Source: Octopus vulgaris
Taxonomy: Eukaryota
Length of the DNA: 64,000 bases
Assembly (NCBI GenBank): GCA_951406725.2
Contig: OX597816.1
Coordinates: 24,366,001-24,430,000, forward strand
Direction: 5' to 3'
Shown here piece after piece: positions 13,820-27,462 of the stretch (position 1 is the first letter of the stretch; each line of letters starts with the position of its first letter). The notes under the pieces were generated by a model. That model saw only the letters and a program-made list of their open reading frames with translations. It was not told the origin of the DNA and ran no database searches. A program made the position numbers and the translations under genes.

Positions 13820-14190
13820 AGGCGCAGGAGTGGCTGTGTGGTAAGTAACTTGCTTACCAACCATATGGTTCCGGGTTCAGTCCCACTGCGTGGCACCTCG
13901 GGCCTACCAAAGCCTTGTGAGCGGATTTGGTAGACGGTAACTGAAAGAAACCTGTCGTATATATGTATATATGTTTGTGTTTGTGTGTCTGTGTTTGTCC
14001 CCCAACATCGCTTGACAACCGATGCTAGTGTGTTTACGTCCCCGTAACTTAGCGGTTCGGCAAAAGAAATCGATAGAATAAGTACTAGGCTTACAAAGAA
14101 TAAGTTCAGGGGTCGATTTGCTCGACTAAAAGGCGGTGCTCCAGCATGGCCATAGTCAAATGACTGAAACAAGTAAAAGAGTAAAAGAGT
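13820..14190 (+). mobile_element. SINE family C
   Basis: Same consensus; ends in (GTAAAAGA)n. Confidence 0.85.
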
Positions 14191-14757
14191 ATATATATAT
14201 ATATATATATATATAAATACACACAAATATATAATATATACATACTGACATACATATGTACATACATACTTACATACATACACACACACACACACTCACA
14301 CACACACACACACACACACATACATATATACATACATGTATGAGTGTATGTATTTATTGTTTTATATCGAAAAAATCTTTCAATTTTTATGTAGACATCT
14401 AGATTTATAGAGTGTGAAGCCAATTATTTGTGTTCAGACACATTCAAAATATGGTTTCCAATAGATCTTTAAGTGGTTATCAGCAGTGAACACGAAACGG
14501 CGATAAAAGTAACGGTTTGGTTGCTTTGTTGTTGTTGTTGTAATTATTGTTAATGATTCTATTATTGCCTTTGTTGTTTATCTTCAGATAATATCAAACC
14601 GAGGTGACCTATGACCAAAGGTATTGATTTCATGACCAACCAAGCTTTCCTTGAACTAAACCACTACTATATTATCCAACAAAATCTCGTTATAATTTAA
14701 TACAGTAGGATGAGACTGAACAGCGATTTAGCTGCTTTTTCTAGCGGGTCATATAGT

Positions 14758-15072
14758 AGGAGCACTCCGTCGGTTGCGTCGATGAGGGTCCCACGTGTAC
14801 CCTTAACGTAGTTCTCGAGGAGATTCAGCGTGACACAGAGTGTGACAAGGCTGGCCCTTTGAAATACAGGTACAAGAGAAACAGGAAGAAAGAGTGAGAG
14901 AAAGTTGTGGTGAAAGAGTACAGCAGGGTTCACCACCACCTCCTGCCGGAGCCTCTTGGAGCTTTAGGTGTTTTCGCTCAATAAACACTCACAACGCCCG
15001 GTCTGGGAATCGAAACCGCGATCCTCCGACCGCGAGTCCGCTGCCCTAACCACTGGACCATTGCGCCTCCAC
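14758..15072 (-). mobile_element. SINE family R (head H2 + tail T1)
   Basis: Reverse complement of 22663-23050 with an internal deletion. Confidence 0.8.
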
Positions 15073-15448
15073 TTGCGGGGTCATATATAAAGTGACTATA
15101 TAAACGCTCCCTCGTTGGCTCGTGGTTTAGGAATTAGGTAGGTCATGTGATTTCTCACGTCATTTGGGTAATTGATAGGATACTTAATGAGCAGAATATG
15201 TTCCATATTGTGTCTTTACGCCTCCAAATTTACATTCGAAATTCATTCGATATTTGCCTCGCCAGATTCATCGACTGTTCTACATACACCCGGAATTAAG
15301 AAGACCAAAGTGTGCAACACATCTTGTGTTTTATGAGGAAACCTAACACACTGGGAATATATGAGATTCATAATATCCCCTACAACACAGAATTTCTAGA
15401 ACGCATGTACTCAGCCCCATTTTCGACGACTACAAGACGTACTCATCT

Positions 15449-15677
15449 ATTTTCTTTATTGCCCACGAGGGGCTAAACATAGCGGGGACAAACAAGGACC
15501 GACAAAGGGATTAAGTCAATTACATCGACCCCAGTGCGTAACTGGTACTTAATTTATCGACCCCGAAAGGATGAAACGCAAAGTCGACCTCGGCGGAATT
15601 TGAACTCAGACCGTAACGGCAGACGAAACACCGTTATTTCGTCCGGCATGCTACCGTTTCTGCCAGCTCGCCGCCTT
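15449..15677 (-). mobile_element. SINE family M with ~18-bp TSD
   Basis: TACAAGACGTACTCATCT on both sides. Confidence 0.9.
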
Positions 15678-15699
15678 ATACAAGACGTACTCATCTTCA

Positions 15700-16673
15700 G
15701 GTCTGATGGGATCCAGAGCTTTTCCAGAAAGAATTAGGTTTAACGGTACAGATGATCTTCCCGGATCCGGCAGGTAAATTGGCGGTTTTAGAGATGAATG
15801 ACAGACTAACGACTGTTTATGCACCCACCGGGGTAGATCAGCCAGACTTATTTAGAGGTGTAGAAACCTTCCTGGGGACATCCAGTTCTTTAATATAAGT
15901 AGAGGATTGAAATGATATTTTGGACGCTCAATGGGACTGTACAGGGTTAATCCATAGAAGGGGATACAATAGACTCGAAAATATGCTCAGAGTTTCCAAA
16001 TGCCTGACAGGTACCGACTGGATTTCCCGAATGTGTCAACGTTGATTTGGAGCAACTACAATGGATCTTACAGATGATACTTAGAGAATTCGTTAGATTA
16101 GCTGACAGAAATACCTTAGGGTGTCCACAATTTAAACTGGTCGGCTATACAGATCATAAATTTGTGGTCTGCACAGTCCTTTGGGGATGATTCGTAGACT
16201 AAGTCCCGGCTGCTGGAAGTTGAACGCGTCTTTTCCAGTGCGAAAAGACTACAGAGATTGAATAAGTGAGCTGGTCAAGAGGCATCTAATAGGAGCAACA
16301 GCCAACAAAAAGTGGTGGGGAGCCAAGAAGAGAGCCGTTAAATATGAGCCAATAGCATTTCGTGAAGAGCTAGTGATAGAGAGTAATAGATTAGAAGAGG
16401 TAGTTAGTTAGTAAACTAGAAGAGGCAATTCGAAGTAGCATCGCGACCAACATGCTAGCAGCAACAATGTCTCTCGACTATTTCTTCAATGTGAAACACG
16501 AAGGCTACGTTGTTAGGATTAGAGATTGTGCGCTAAAACAGGGAGGAATAAAATCTGTTCAATGGGTTCGGATGGTAGAGGTGCGACGTGGCAACGGAGC
16601 TAGAATTCAATCTTTCACAGATCAGGATGGACCTGTATTGCCCTGTTCAAAGCAAGTGTTAGCGGCTTTCTAA
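15700..16673 (+). pseudogene. Decayed L1/Tx1-like LINE ORF2 (APE endonuclease region)
   Basis: Fragments PAGKLAVLE..RLTTVYAPTG..PDLFRGVETFL and SPGCWKLNAS resemble APE-domain and GPGYWKLN motifs; many stops. Confidence 0.55.
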
Positions 16674-16705
16674 GAAAGCATTAGGTCACAGAGAATTATG
16701 GACTT

Positions 16706-17084
16706 CGGTAGTTTTCAACTATTTTTCTTACCTATAAACCCTTTTCATTAGTCTTTTATTCTGGCGGACCCCCATAGCCAGTCGATATTTAAAAACCTGT
16801 TTTATAGACACTTTCAAAATTCTTTTTGTATTTTGTTTTTCGCACGCTCACTTGCAATATCTCTCCCTCTGAGATAACATGTTTCAGTCGCCGGAAACAA
16901 ATTATATAAAACATTAGATAACGACTCCCAGCTGTTTCTTGCATTAAATATATCTAAATCAAACTTTTTTCATGGACCCTCAAAATACAACTACAGGTCC
17001 GTAATTTACTACTTTTCTACCCTGAACCCACCAAAATCTTACGGACCACTCAGGGATCATATGGATCCCCTTTAAGAATCACTG
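16706..17084. mobile_element. Possible old hAT-type MITE
   Basis: Ends CGGTAGTTTTCAAC / TTAAGAATCACTG resemble CAGTGGTTCTCAA-type TIRs; no TSD found. Confidence 0.3.
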
Positions 17085-17662
17085 GACTAAACCTTTCAAA
17101 GCGGTTCCCAGCATGGTCGTAGTCCAATGACTGAAACAAGTAAACGATAAAAGATTTGCAAATAGCAGTATGGTCAGTTCAAGAGAAACACACGTTTCTA
17201 GGTGGTGTTAAACACTATTTCTCAGTATGAATACTGCTTCTATCACATATAAAGATTTTTTTGACTAGCTGGTTTGCTTGTTGCAAGATCAGTAATTGTA
17301 GTATGTCACTTATCTTTTATATATTGCTAGCTGGATGAACTACCGCTATTTCAAGCGGACGAGTATCCATCACCGAGGATGATCATAAAATGGTCGAAAC
17401 CATACAGTGTGGTGGTCTCAGAGCTAAAATAATTGGGAGTCCTCTTCCCCACTTGAAATATATATTAAGTGCAGAGTACACTGCATAACCAGCTGGAGGA
17501 GGTGCCCTTCGGGGGGTTAAAATGACAATATCTTCGGTTCCTTGGGAGCACCTGTGTTTAGGTGGCGTTAAACATAAAAGATTTGATCTTATACATAAAT
17601 AACGTAGTCAGACTGGGAAGAGTTGTGTTTATGACTGTCATCAGTGTTTCCTATACTGGAGT

Positions 17663-17957
17663 AAGGAAAGAAAGAAAGAAAGAAAGAAACAAACAAACAA
17701 ACAAACAAACAAACAAACAAACAAACAAACAAACAAACAAACAAACAAACAAGGAAAAAGGAAAGGAAAGAAGGAAAGAAAGAAGGAAAGAAAGAAAGAA
17801 AGAAAGAAAGAAGGGGAAAAGAAAGGAAAGAAGGAAAGAAAGAAAGAAAGAAAGAAGGAAGGAAAGAAAGAAAGAAAGAGAGAAAGAAGGGGAAAAAGAA
17901 AGGAAAGAAAGAAAGAAAGAAAGAAGGAAAGAAAGAAAGAAAGAAAGAAAGAAGGAA

Positions 17958-18005
<48 letters not shown>

Positions 18006-18070
18006 AGGAAAGAAAGAAAGAAAGAAGGGAAAAAAGAAAGGAAAGAAGGAAAGAAAGAAAGAAGGAAGGA

Positions 18071-18126
<56 letters not shown>

Positions 18127-18135
18127 GAGAAAGAA
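17663..18135. repeat. (CAAA)n/(GAAA)n/(GGAA)n purine-rich microsatellite
   Basis: Direct tandem repeats. Confidence 0.95.
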
Positions 18136-18384
18136 GTCCATCCTCAGACCGGAATCCTCGTCCAAATGCTTATAACTGTAATTTGTAAGTTCAAGCGTCA
18201 GTGTTAAACAGAGCATCATATTAAGTCTACCACACAACCGACAGTGCTTACGTGGAAAACAAATTGAATTCTGTTCCATGTGGAAGCGAACTCGCATAGA
18301 ATAAAACGTTGGTCAGTATTAACAAAAGTGTTAACGACTGCAAACGAGGGAAAATTCCTTCTTCATGTTAGACTAATATCGTGC

Positions 18385-18593
18385 TCTTTTACCCTTTTAC
18401 TTGTTTCAGTCATTTGACTGTGGGCCATGCTGGAGCACCACCTTTAGTCGAGCAAATCGACCCCAGGACGTATTCTTTGTGAGTCTAGTACTTATTCTAT
18501 CGGTACCTTTCGCAGAACCGCTAAGTTACGGGGACCTAAACACACCAGCATCGGTTGTCAAGCGATGTTGGGGAGACAAACACAGACACACAA

Positions 18594-18624
<31 letters not shown>

Positions 18625-18625
18625 T

Positions 18626-18656
<31 letters not shown>

Positions 18657-18820
18657 CGACGGGCTTCTTTCAGTTTCCGTCTACCAAATCCACTCACAAG
18701 GCTTTGGTCGGCCCGAGGCTATAGTAGAAGACACTTGCCCAAGGTGCTACGCAGTGGGACTGAATCCGGAAGCATATAGTTTTTAAGCAAGCTACTTACC
18801 ACACAGCCACTCCTATGCCT
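18385..18820 (-). mobile_element. SINE family C
   Basis: Reverse complement of the consensus. Confidence 0.85.
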
Positions 18821-19059
18821 ACGTAGGTAGGTAACTTTAAATAAAAAGCTTTATATAAAAAGTTACTTTATATAAAAAAAAAAGACTATTCGTTTGTTCG
18901 ACATATTGAATAGAAGTAAGTCACGTATCATATCCAGATATTTTCTTAAATGTCTAAATAGTAAAGTAATATTCCTTGGGCCTTGATGACTCGAGTCCGA
19001 GAACTGATAGGGTTACCCTGTTTCCATGGAGTATAAGTGATCGAGATCACAACATTACT

Positions 19060-19905
19060 CCCTGAACGGGATGAGATTATTCCTTTACAGGTGTGCGGAC
19101 TGGAGTAAGGTGAAATGAAGTATTTTGTTCACAAACACAACGCACCGCCCGATCCTGGAATCGAAACCGCAGTTGCAAGATCGAGTGTATAATACCCTAA
19201 AACCACTTGAACACACGCTTTTATCGCAGGGTACTCATTGACAGGTGAGTGGACCCAAACAACGTGGAATGAAGTATTTTGCTCACGAACACATTGCAGC
19301 GCCCGGTACGGAAATCGAAACCACAATCACAAGATTGAGAGAGTATCACCCTAGCATTTGAACACGTTCCTTTTTTCTTTCCGCTCTTTTCAAGCCTAGC
19401 CAGGCTCATAGGCCCGGTTTCCCGGTTTCTGTGGTGTATGTGACCCCCCCTCCCCAGCTGAACGGGACGCCAGTCCATCACAGCGTTACTCAAGAAACAG
19501 GAAGAAAGAGTGAGAGAAAGTTGGGGCGAAAGAGTACAACAGGGGGTCTCCACCACCCCCTGCCGGTGTTTTCGCTCAATAAACACACACAACGCCCGGT
19601 CTGGGAATCGAAACTGCGATCCAACGACCGCGAGTCCGCTGCCCTAACCACTGGGCCATTGCGCCTCCACTTGCGCCCTTTTAAAGCCTAGCCAGGTTTC
19701 CCTTTTTTTCTGGCATATATGTTTCTTAGCTGGATGGGACGCCAGTCCATCGCAGCGTTACTCATTTTTGCCAGCTGAGTGGACTGGAGCAACGTGAAAT
19801 GAAGTGTTTTGCTCAAGAACACAACGCGTCGCCCGGTTCAGGAATCGAAACCACAATCTTACGATCATGATGCTGACACCCTAACCACTAAGCCACGTAC
19901 CTCCA
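19060..19905 (-). mobile_element. Cluster of four co-oriented SINE family R copies or fragments
   Basis: Repeated GGAATCGAAACC.C...CCCTAACCACT heads at ~19155, 19310, 19605, 19840; H2+T2 copy at 19370-19670 and H1+T2 copy at 19671-19905. Confidence 0.75.
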
Positions 19906-21125
19906 CACACACGTGCCTTCACTAAAGTAAACAAATTAAGATAATGCCATCTTAAATTGTTCTAAGTAATCACCGATGAAATAAAATTTTAGACTTTTTA
20001 ACTTTAGTAATTTCTAAGATAGCAGAGTGAACACTCAATCACACAAGTAATCAAGCAAAGAAATGGGATAAAAATAGAGACACGTAACTTTGTTATGGTT
20101 GCATACGCTAAAGGAAATGAATTGCGGTAGCGGTGAGCAATGATATACGGACTTAAGAGCATAAAGTAATTACTAGACGTGACGATAATCACAACGCACA
20201 TTCGATTTCCGTTTAAACCCATCTAACTTCACTGATGTTATGATTGCACTTGAGAAAGGCATAGATATCACGACTTCTCATTTTCCCTTTTCGGTAAGTG
20301 CGGTACTGTGTCTACTTAAAAATATAATCAATATTCTATTTTGATTTAATTGGCGTTTTAAAAAAAAAATAATAATTTTACCAGCTTAAGAAAGCTTTAT
20401 TTACATTTTGGGTTGTTCGGGATTTAATCATTATATTTTGTTCTTACTGTTTATTGCTTTTGTTGTCGTTGTTGTTATTGTTGTTGTTGTTTGGTTTTTA
20501 ATCTATTTTCTAATTCTATGGTGGAAGTCTGTTGATAAGGTTCTATTTAAGTTCCTGTCACTTGTCCAGCAGCGGAAATTATCGTTCGACAAATACGACA
20601 GTAATTTATCTTAAACTACTTTTCAGAAATCGTATCTACGACTTCACTGACACGACAAGAAGTGCTAAAATGTGGAAGTGTACCGAAGCAATTTAATTGA
20701 ATTGAGATAAGACAAACTTTCAACGAAAAATATCTCTGGAAAACAAAAGAAAGAAAAAAGAAAGAAAATCATAGAAAAAAAAAGTAAAAAAATGAATACA
20801 TAAAAGTAATTATATCTGTTATGCGAATAAAAAGAAAACAAAAAAAAACATCTTGTTTTCTCCAAATTAGAATAGAAAATAAATTGAAATCAAAACAATG
20901 GATGATTCTTGTTTTGTTGCTTTCTTCATTTTTGTTGAACTTGGATGTGGTATTTTTTAAAAATTTTATCTGAGCACTAGACCACCGAAGACTATTCATA
21001 GAATAGAACAACGTTGATATACATATTTTTTCTTTCTTCCACAGGCGTAAGTGAAGTGAATTAGGTTTGAATTCGGATCGTCATAGAAATGAAAATGTTA
21101 TTAGATATGTATATGTGTATATGTG

Positions 21126-21353
<228 letters not shown>

Positions 21354-21704
21354 GAAAGTAAGACAAGGTAGAAAATGCTAAAAATAATTTTATGAAGAAG
21401 ATTTTAGTACCGCTTTCAGTCTTTTCGATTTCATCAACTTAGAGTAAAGCAAGAAAAACAATTAAATTGAAGAAAAATTAAATGAAATGTTTGTTTTTTT
21501 TTCAAATATTAACTATCTCTTCAGATCTGCTACTACCTACCGAGCCCTCACAGAAGTAAAAGAAAGAGAGAGATTGGGGGAAGGGAAGTGCCTTGCCTTT
21601 TAGAAGACTATGGAATATTTTTTAAAAACATTTCATTTAATTTTTCTTCAATCTAAATGTTTTTCATGCTTTAAAGTCGAAAAGACTGGAACCGGTATTA
21701 AAAT

Positions 21705-22110
<406 letters not shown>

Positions 22111-22291
22111 AGATGTGTTTGTGTAGGTCAAAAAGAAACACACGAGCTGATACGTATAAGGAAAATGAGACATATATATATTACTATTTAGCCCTAGGAA
22201 GCAGCAACGCTTCCTGTCAGCCTTGACACATTTCCTGTGTCCTTATGTTTGCAAGGGGGAGATAAGCATCCCCATCCAGCTAAGCCTGCAA

Positions 22292-22332
22292 CCAGCGACT
22301 AGTTTCTGAGTCTTTGCTCGTCATCAGTCTGA
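22292..22332 (-). ncRNA. Minimal type-I hammerhead-ribozyme motif
   Basis: Minus strand TCAGA-CTGATGA-CGAG(CAAAGA)CTCA-GAAA-CTAG-TC-GCTGG: canonical core, palindromic stem III, GUC triplet. The host repeat 22180-22250 recurs at 28630-28700. Confidence 0.7.
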
Positions 22333-22591
22333 CGGAATTTGGCTTTATCAAAACACGGTACATTCAATACGAAGTCTTCAGTTGTTCTTTTAATCATCAA
22401 TAGGTTAATAAAAATCAACACATATTTCAGCCTTAATCTTCATAAGCCAATGAGATAATATCTATGTAGTCGTCTGATTTACTGGAAACAGCGGCTAAAT
22501 CTCCTTCAAATAACAGTTTCTACTTTAGGCGCAGGGACAGAATATTTGAGTGGAAGAGACTAGTCTATATCATCGACCCTAGTATGTACAC

Positions 22592-23285
22592 GTGGAGCCA
22601 CATAGCCTAGTGGCTAGAGCAGCGGACTCGCAGGTTCGAATCTCAGACCGGATGATGTGTGTGTGGAGGCGCAATGGCCTTGTGGTTAGGGCAGCGGACT
22701 TGCGGTCATAGGATCGCGGTTTCGATTCCCAGACCGCCGGGCGTTGTGAGTGTTTATTGAGCGAAAACGCCTAAAAGCTCCACGAGGCTCCGGCAGGGGA
22801 TGGTGGTGATCCCTGCTGTACTCTTTCACCACAACTTTCTCTCACTCTTACTTCCTGCTTCTGTTGTACCTGTATTTCAAAGGGCCGGCCTTGTCACTCT
22901 CTGTGTCACGCTGAATGTCCCCGAGAACTACGTTAAGGGTACACGTGTCTGTGGAGTGCTCAGCCACTTACACGTTAATTTCACGAGCAGGCTGTTCCGT
23001 TGATTCGGATCAACCGGAACCCTCATCGTCGTAACCGACGGAGTGCTTCCAAGATGTGTGTGTTTATGAGTGAAACACTTAAGCTCCACGCGGCTCCGGC
23101 AGAAGGTAATGGCGAACTTCTGCTGACTCTTTCACCACAACTTTCTCTCACTCTTTCCGCCTTCATCTTGCAGCTCACCTGCGACGGACGGCATCCCTTC
23201 CAGGTGAGGGAGCTATACGCCAAAGAGACCGGGAAACCGGCCCTTATGAGCCAGGCGTGGCTCGAGAAGGAGCAAACAACAACAA
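22592..23285 (+). mobile_element. Nested SINEs: H3+T2 SINE interrupted by an H2+T1 SINE (22663-23050)
   Basis: The outer element resumes after the duplicated target GATGTGTGTGT (22654, 23053). Confidence 0.85.
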
Positions 23286-23514
23286 CAAGTATGTACACAG
23301 GGGTGGGGAGCGGTCGCTCCCTTTGATCCCTCATTAGTTACACCACTGCGCATGTATGCATACATGCATGTACATATATATGCATGTATTTATGCATGTA
23401 TGTATATAGGTATGCTTTTAAGTATAGAATTGTTCCGGGAATGTTTATTCTCGAAGCATTGTAGAAAATAAATAAGCATAACTTACATTTATTAATAACT
23501 GAAGTATCTATTAT

Positions 23515-24325
23515 TACTCTTTTACTCGTTTACTTGTTTCAGTCATGGGATTGCGGCCATGCTGGAGCACCGCCTTTAGTCGAGCAAATCGACCCCAGGA
23601 CTTATTCTTTGTAAGCCTAGTACTTATTCTATCGGATCTTTTGCCGAACCGCTAAGTTATGGGGACGTAAACACACCAGCATCGGTGTCAAGCGACGTTG
23701 GGGTGGGGGACAAACACAGACACATAAACACGCACACATATATATACATACATATACATATATACGACGGGCTTCTTTCAGTTTCCGTCTACTAAATCCA
23801 CTCACAAGTCTTTGATCGACCCGAGGCTTTAGTAGAAGACACTTGCCCAAAGTGCCATGCAGTGGGACTGAACCCGGAACCATGTGGTTGGTAAGCAAAC
23901 TACTTACCACACAGCCACTCCTGCGATCTTTCTTTTATTTGTTTCAGTCATTAGACTGTGGCCATACTGGGGCACCGCCTTGAAGAATTCTTTAATTGAA
24001 TGAATCGAGCCCAATACTTATTTTTTTTCTTTTCAACTTGTAACTTAATTTATCGAACTCTTTTGTCGAAGCGCTAAGTTACAGGGACGTAAATACACCA
24101 ACATCGTTGTCAACTGATGCGGGAGGCAGGGATAAACACAAAGCTACACACACACACACACACGAGTATTCTAAATATACTCACGTGTCTCTTGAGTCCT
24201 GCTGGTGCCTTGCAAACCTTTTGACAAATGGAACAAGTTGAGGACGAGTGTTTGTGGATCATTTACAAGATGTTTTCCTGAATGGACGCCAAGGCCTGCT
24301 TTGTCCCGTTCCTCAAAACCACAAC

Positions 24326-24360
<35 letters not shown>

Positions 24361-24505
24361 TGGGCTTCTTTCAGTTTTCGTCTGCAAAATCCACTCATAA
24401 GATTTTGGTCGGCCCGAGGCAATAGTAGATGACATTTACCCAAGGTGCCATGCAGTGGGACTGAACCTGGAACCATATGATTGAGAAACAAGATTCTTAC
24501 CACAC
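23515..24505 (-). mobile_element. Two tandem SINE family C copies (23515-23924; diverged 23930-24505 with an insertion)
   Basis: Consensus match on the minus strand. Confidence 0.8.
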
Positions 24506-24758
24506 AATATTTAAGATTTTTAATTTCAGAAATTTAAAGAAATCAATTTTCTTTTATAGAAAATAGACATTCGTCAGTGCAGAAGCAATTTCCTTCTAAA
24601 ATATAAATGCAGTGTTCATCATTAATGAATTTAAGATTTTTAATTAAAAATATTAATTCTATCTTTGAGATTATGAACTTCTCTTAGATGTCCCTCTATG
24701 CAAAATATCAGTGACCTAAGTGCAAACGAGTGGCCTACAGCCTGGAACATGCAGACTT

Positions 24759-24800
<42 letters not shown>

Positions 24801-25029
24801 TTCAATATGTGTGTATCTGTGCGTATGTGTATGTGCATGTGTATCATTTAATATATACAGAATTTCATAAAAAGCTACTAAGAATTTCATGCCATAGAGA
24901 TATTATAATTTGGTACTTATATTAATTATTGTATCCTTTCAGCATGAAACTATTGGTAACTTTTTTTTTAGAAAATTCCGTGAATATTAGATTAAATATA
25001 TATTTCACTAGATGGAGTACTTTTTTGTT

Positions 25030-25409
25030 GATCTTATCTATAACGGAACAGTAATCTACGTATACCAGAATTCCCTAGTTTTGTCGGGACGTTCGGAGTC
25101 TGCGCAGTGATATGATCAGTTAGGGAGAGTAAATCATTAGACGCACATGCTTCTAGTGAGTTAGGATCCCAGAGAAACAGGGTCTCACTGAAGAATTCTC
25201 CCTGAGCAAATAAATTATCTTTATAAAAGAAAGAAACTAGTCTGAGAATTACCGGTTTAGTAAATGTTTTTATCTTCATTTCACTTAATTTATCAAGCTT
25301 CTGTATTCCTAGCACATATTTCGCCTTAATGTACTGATATATGAAAAATATATGTTATGTTAGTAATACCAGCGATTATAATTATTTTTATTTTATCGCA
25401 ATTTGATTT

Positions 25410-25459
<50 letters not shown>

Positions 25460-25567
25460 ATGTATGTATGTATGTATGTATGTATGTATATATGTATATA
25501 AATTTAAAGTGTTTATTGAATAGCTGCCTAAACGTACTCCTTCCTGTTGACTCTATTCAATTTTTAC

Positions 25568-25620
<53 letters not shown>

Positions 25621-26290
25621 TACATGCATACATATATACATGCAAGTATACATACATACATGCATATATACATACATGCATGGATACGTATTCACAATTA
25701 CATACATATGTGTGTGTGTGTTTGTGTTTGTGTCTGTATGTGTATAGAATTCAGAGTAATTACATATACATAAATACAGGACAAGATTAAAATAGCGTGC
25801 TACATAATCGTTTCACCGGGTGAGATGCACAATTATATAAAAGTGTATACTGAATCAGTGTTTCATCAAGCACAATTCACTGTTTGGAATTCAAACTCTG
25901 AATTTTAAGTACGATTGACCACCAAATCATAATAAAATCCAACGATAGTAATTGGTGATTTAAAAGCAATGGGGATAATTAAAGGTCTCGATTTACACAA
26001 TATGATTGTGTAGATTTCTTCGTCTGATAATCCCTTTTTGACTTTGCTAAACAATATTCTGATATATACTTGGAACCCATTACCCATTCCAGGAAAACCG
26101 CTGCTCTTTGATAAATTCGTTCTGAATAAAAACTTGCGAACAGACATGCCCTTTCTTCGTAAGTATTAGATCATACTTCATCGCTAATGTATGCAATATC
26201 GTTAGCCTATATAAACTAAAGTTTCTGACAGAAAAATTTAAGAGACATGACATTGCTTCATAATCGATATAATCGTTTTTATTTTTCATT
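25030..26290 (-). pseudogene. Possible decayed Penelope-like RT, split by a microsatellite
   Basis: Fragments ..KSRPLII..KSP.. and ILRLVSFFYKDNLF..LLFRY loosely resemble PLE RT motifs. Confidence 0.35.
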
Positions 26291-26929
26291 ATACTTGCTT
26301 CAGTCATTGGACTGCAGCCATGCTGGAAGACCGCCTTGAAGGGTTTAGTCGAAGGAATCGACCCTGGTTCTTATTATCAAGCCTATTTCTTATTATATTG
26401 GTTCCGTTTCCCGAACCCCTAAGTTACGGGAACGTAAAAAGAAAACGGCACCGCGTGTTCTTTTATCATGCCATAGCCCACCTTCGCTTGCAGAAGGCCC
26501 ACGTATACACGCGATGGTGGGAGTTGAACACGGTTAACATTAGGGCCGAAAATTGAATAGTTTTATTGTGGCGTGTCAAGCTCATCTAATCATATATACA
26601 TACATACATACATACATACATACATACATACATACATACATACATACATACATACATGTATGTATGTATGTATGTATGTATGTATGTATGTATGTATGTA
26701 TGTATGCATGCATGCATGTATGTATGTATGTGTGTATGTATGCGACAAGTTTCTTTCCGTTTCTGTCTACCATATCCACCTAGAAGGCATTGGTCGGCCT
26801 GAGGCTATAGTAGAAGACACTTGTCCAAGGTGCCATGCAGTGGGACTGAACCCAAGACCATGTGGTTGGGAAACAAGATTATTACCACACAGTCATTGTG
26901 TCAAACACTCGCCCGGTCAACACTGTTTT

Positions 26930-27400
26930 AGTTGTCTCGTCAAAAGAAACTGCTTTAAATTACCAATGGCAGCATCCCCATATATGAGAAACATAATAAT
27001 ACTCCAACCAAAATCACCAACGATTGGTAAATTGATATGCATAAATAAAGAGGCATTCCCATTCAATCAATGTTGCAACACAAACGATGATGTGCAAGGA
27101 CGAAGTTAACTCTTGTAATAAGACAAAATGCATTATCGGAATAGTAGAAAAACATTTAAACAACGCAAACCGCAGTACTTCCTTCAAAAAGAAAAGGTCA
27201 TCAACATCATTGTCCAACTATGTTTGGTGGCTAAAAGAACATAACATCGAAAATAATATAAAATAGAGATCCGATAACAATGCAAACCGTATTTCAGTAG
27301 CATGAGGTATTGCCAGATTTGCATGATGGGAAAAAGGCACAATACTGAATATCATAAAGACCTCAAACAAATGTCGGAGTACTCGTCTCTGATTTTTTGG
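26930..27400 (+). pseudogene. Decayed Penelope-like GIY-YIG endonuclease region
   Basis: Fragments IIGIVEK, TSFKKKRSSTSLSNYVWWLKEHNI and PYFSSMRYCQICM match the PLE pattern YIG..E..SF...T.LS.YVW.LK..PY....C.LC. Confidence 0.6.
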
Positions 27401-27462
27401 GCAGTTAATTCCAGGTACTCTACAACACCACCAAATTTTGTAGATGAAGCTAGATGAAATAT

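Noticed and set aside
13681-14295. Recurring ORFs such as [12 protein letters not shown].. and MRNWYLIYRP..
   Set aside because: Chance frames across non-coding SINE consensus sequences.
17562-18297. 208-aa KERK-rich and 218-aa FFLS-rich ORFs
   Set aside because: Read-through of a (GAAA)n tract.
18982-19006. TTGATGA-CTCG-AGTC-CGAG-AAC hammerhead-like string
   Set aside because: Both core halves are defective and there are no stems I or III.
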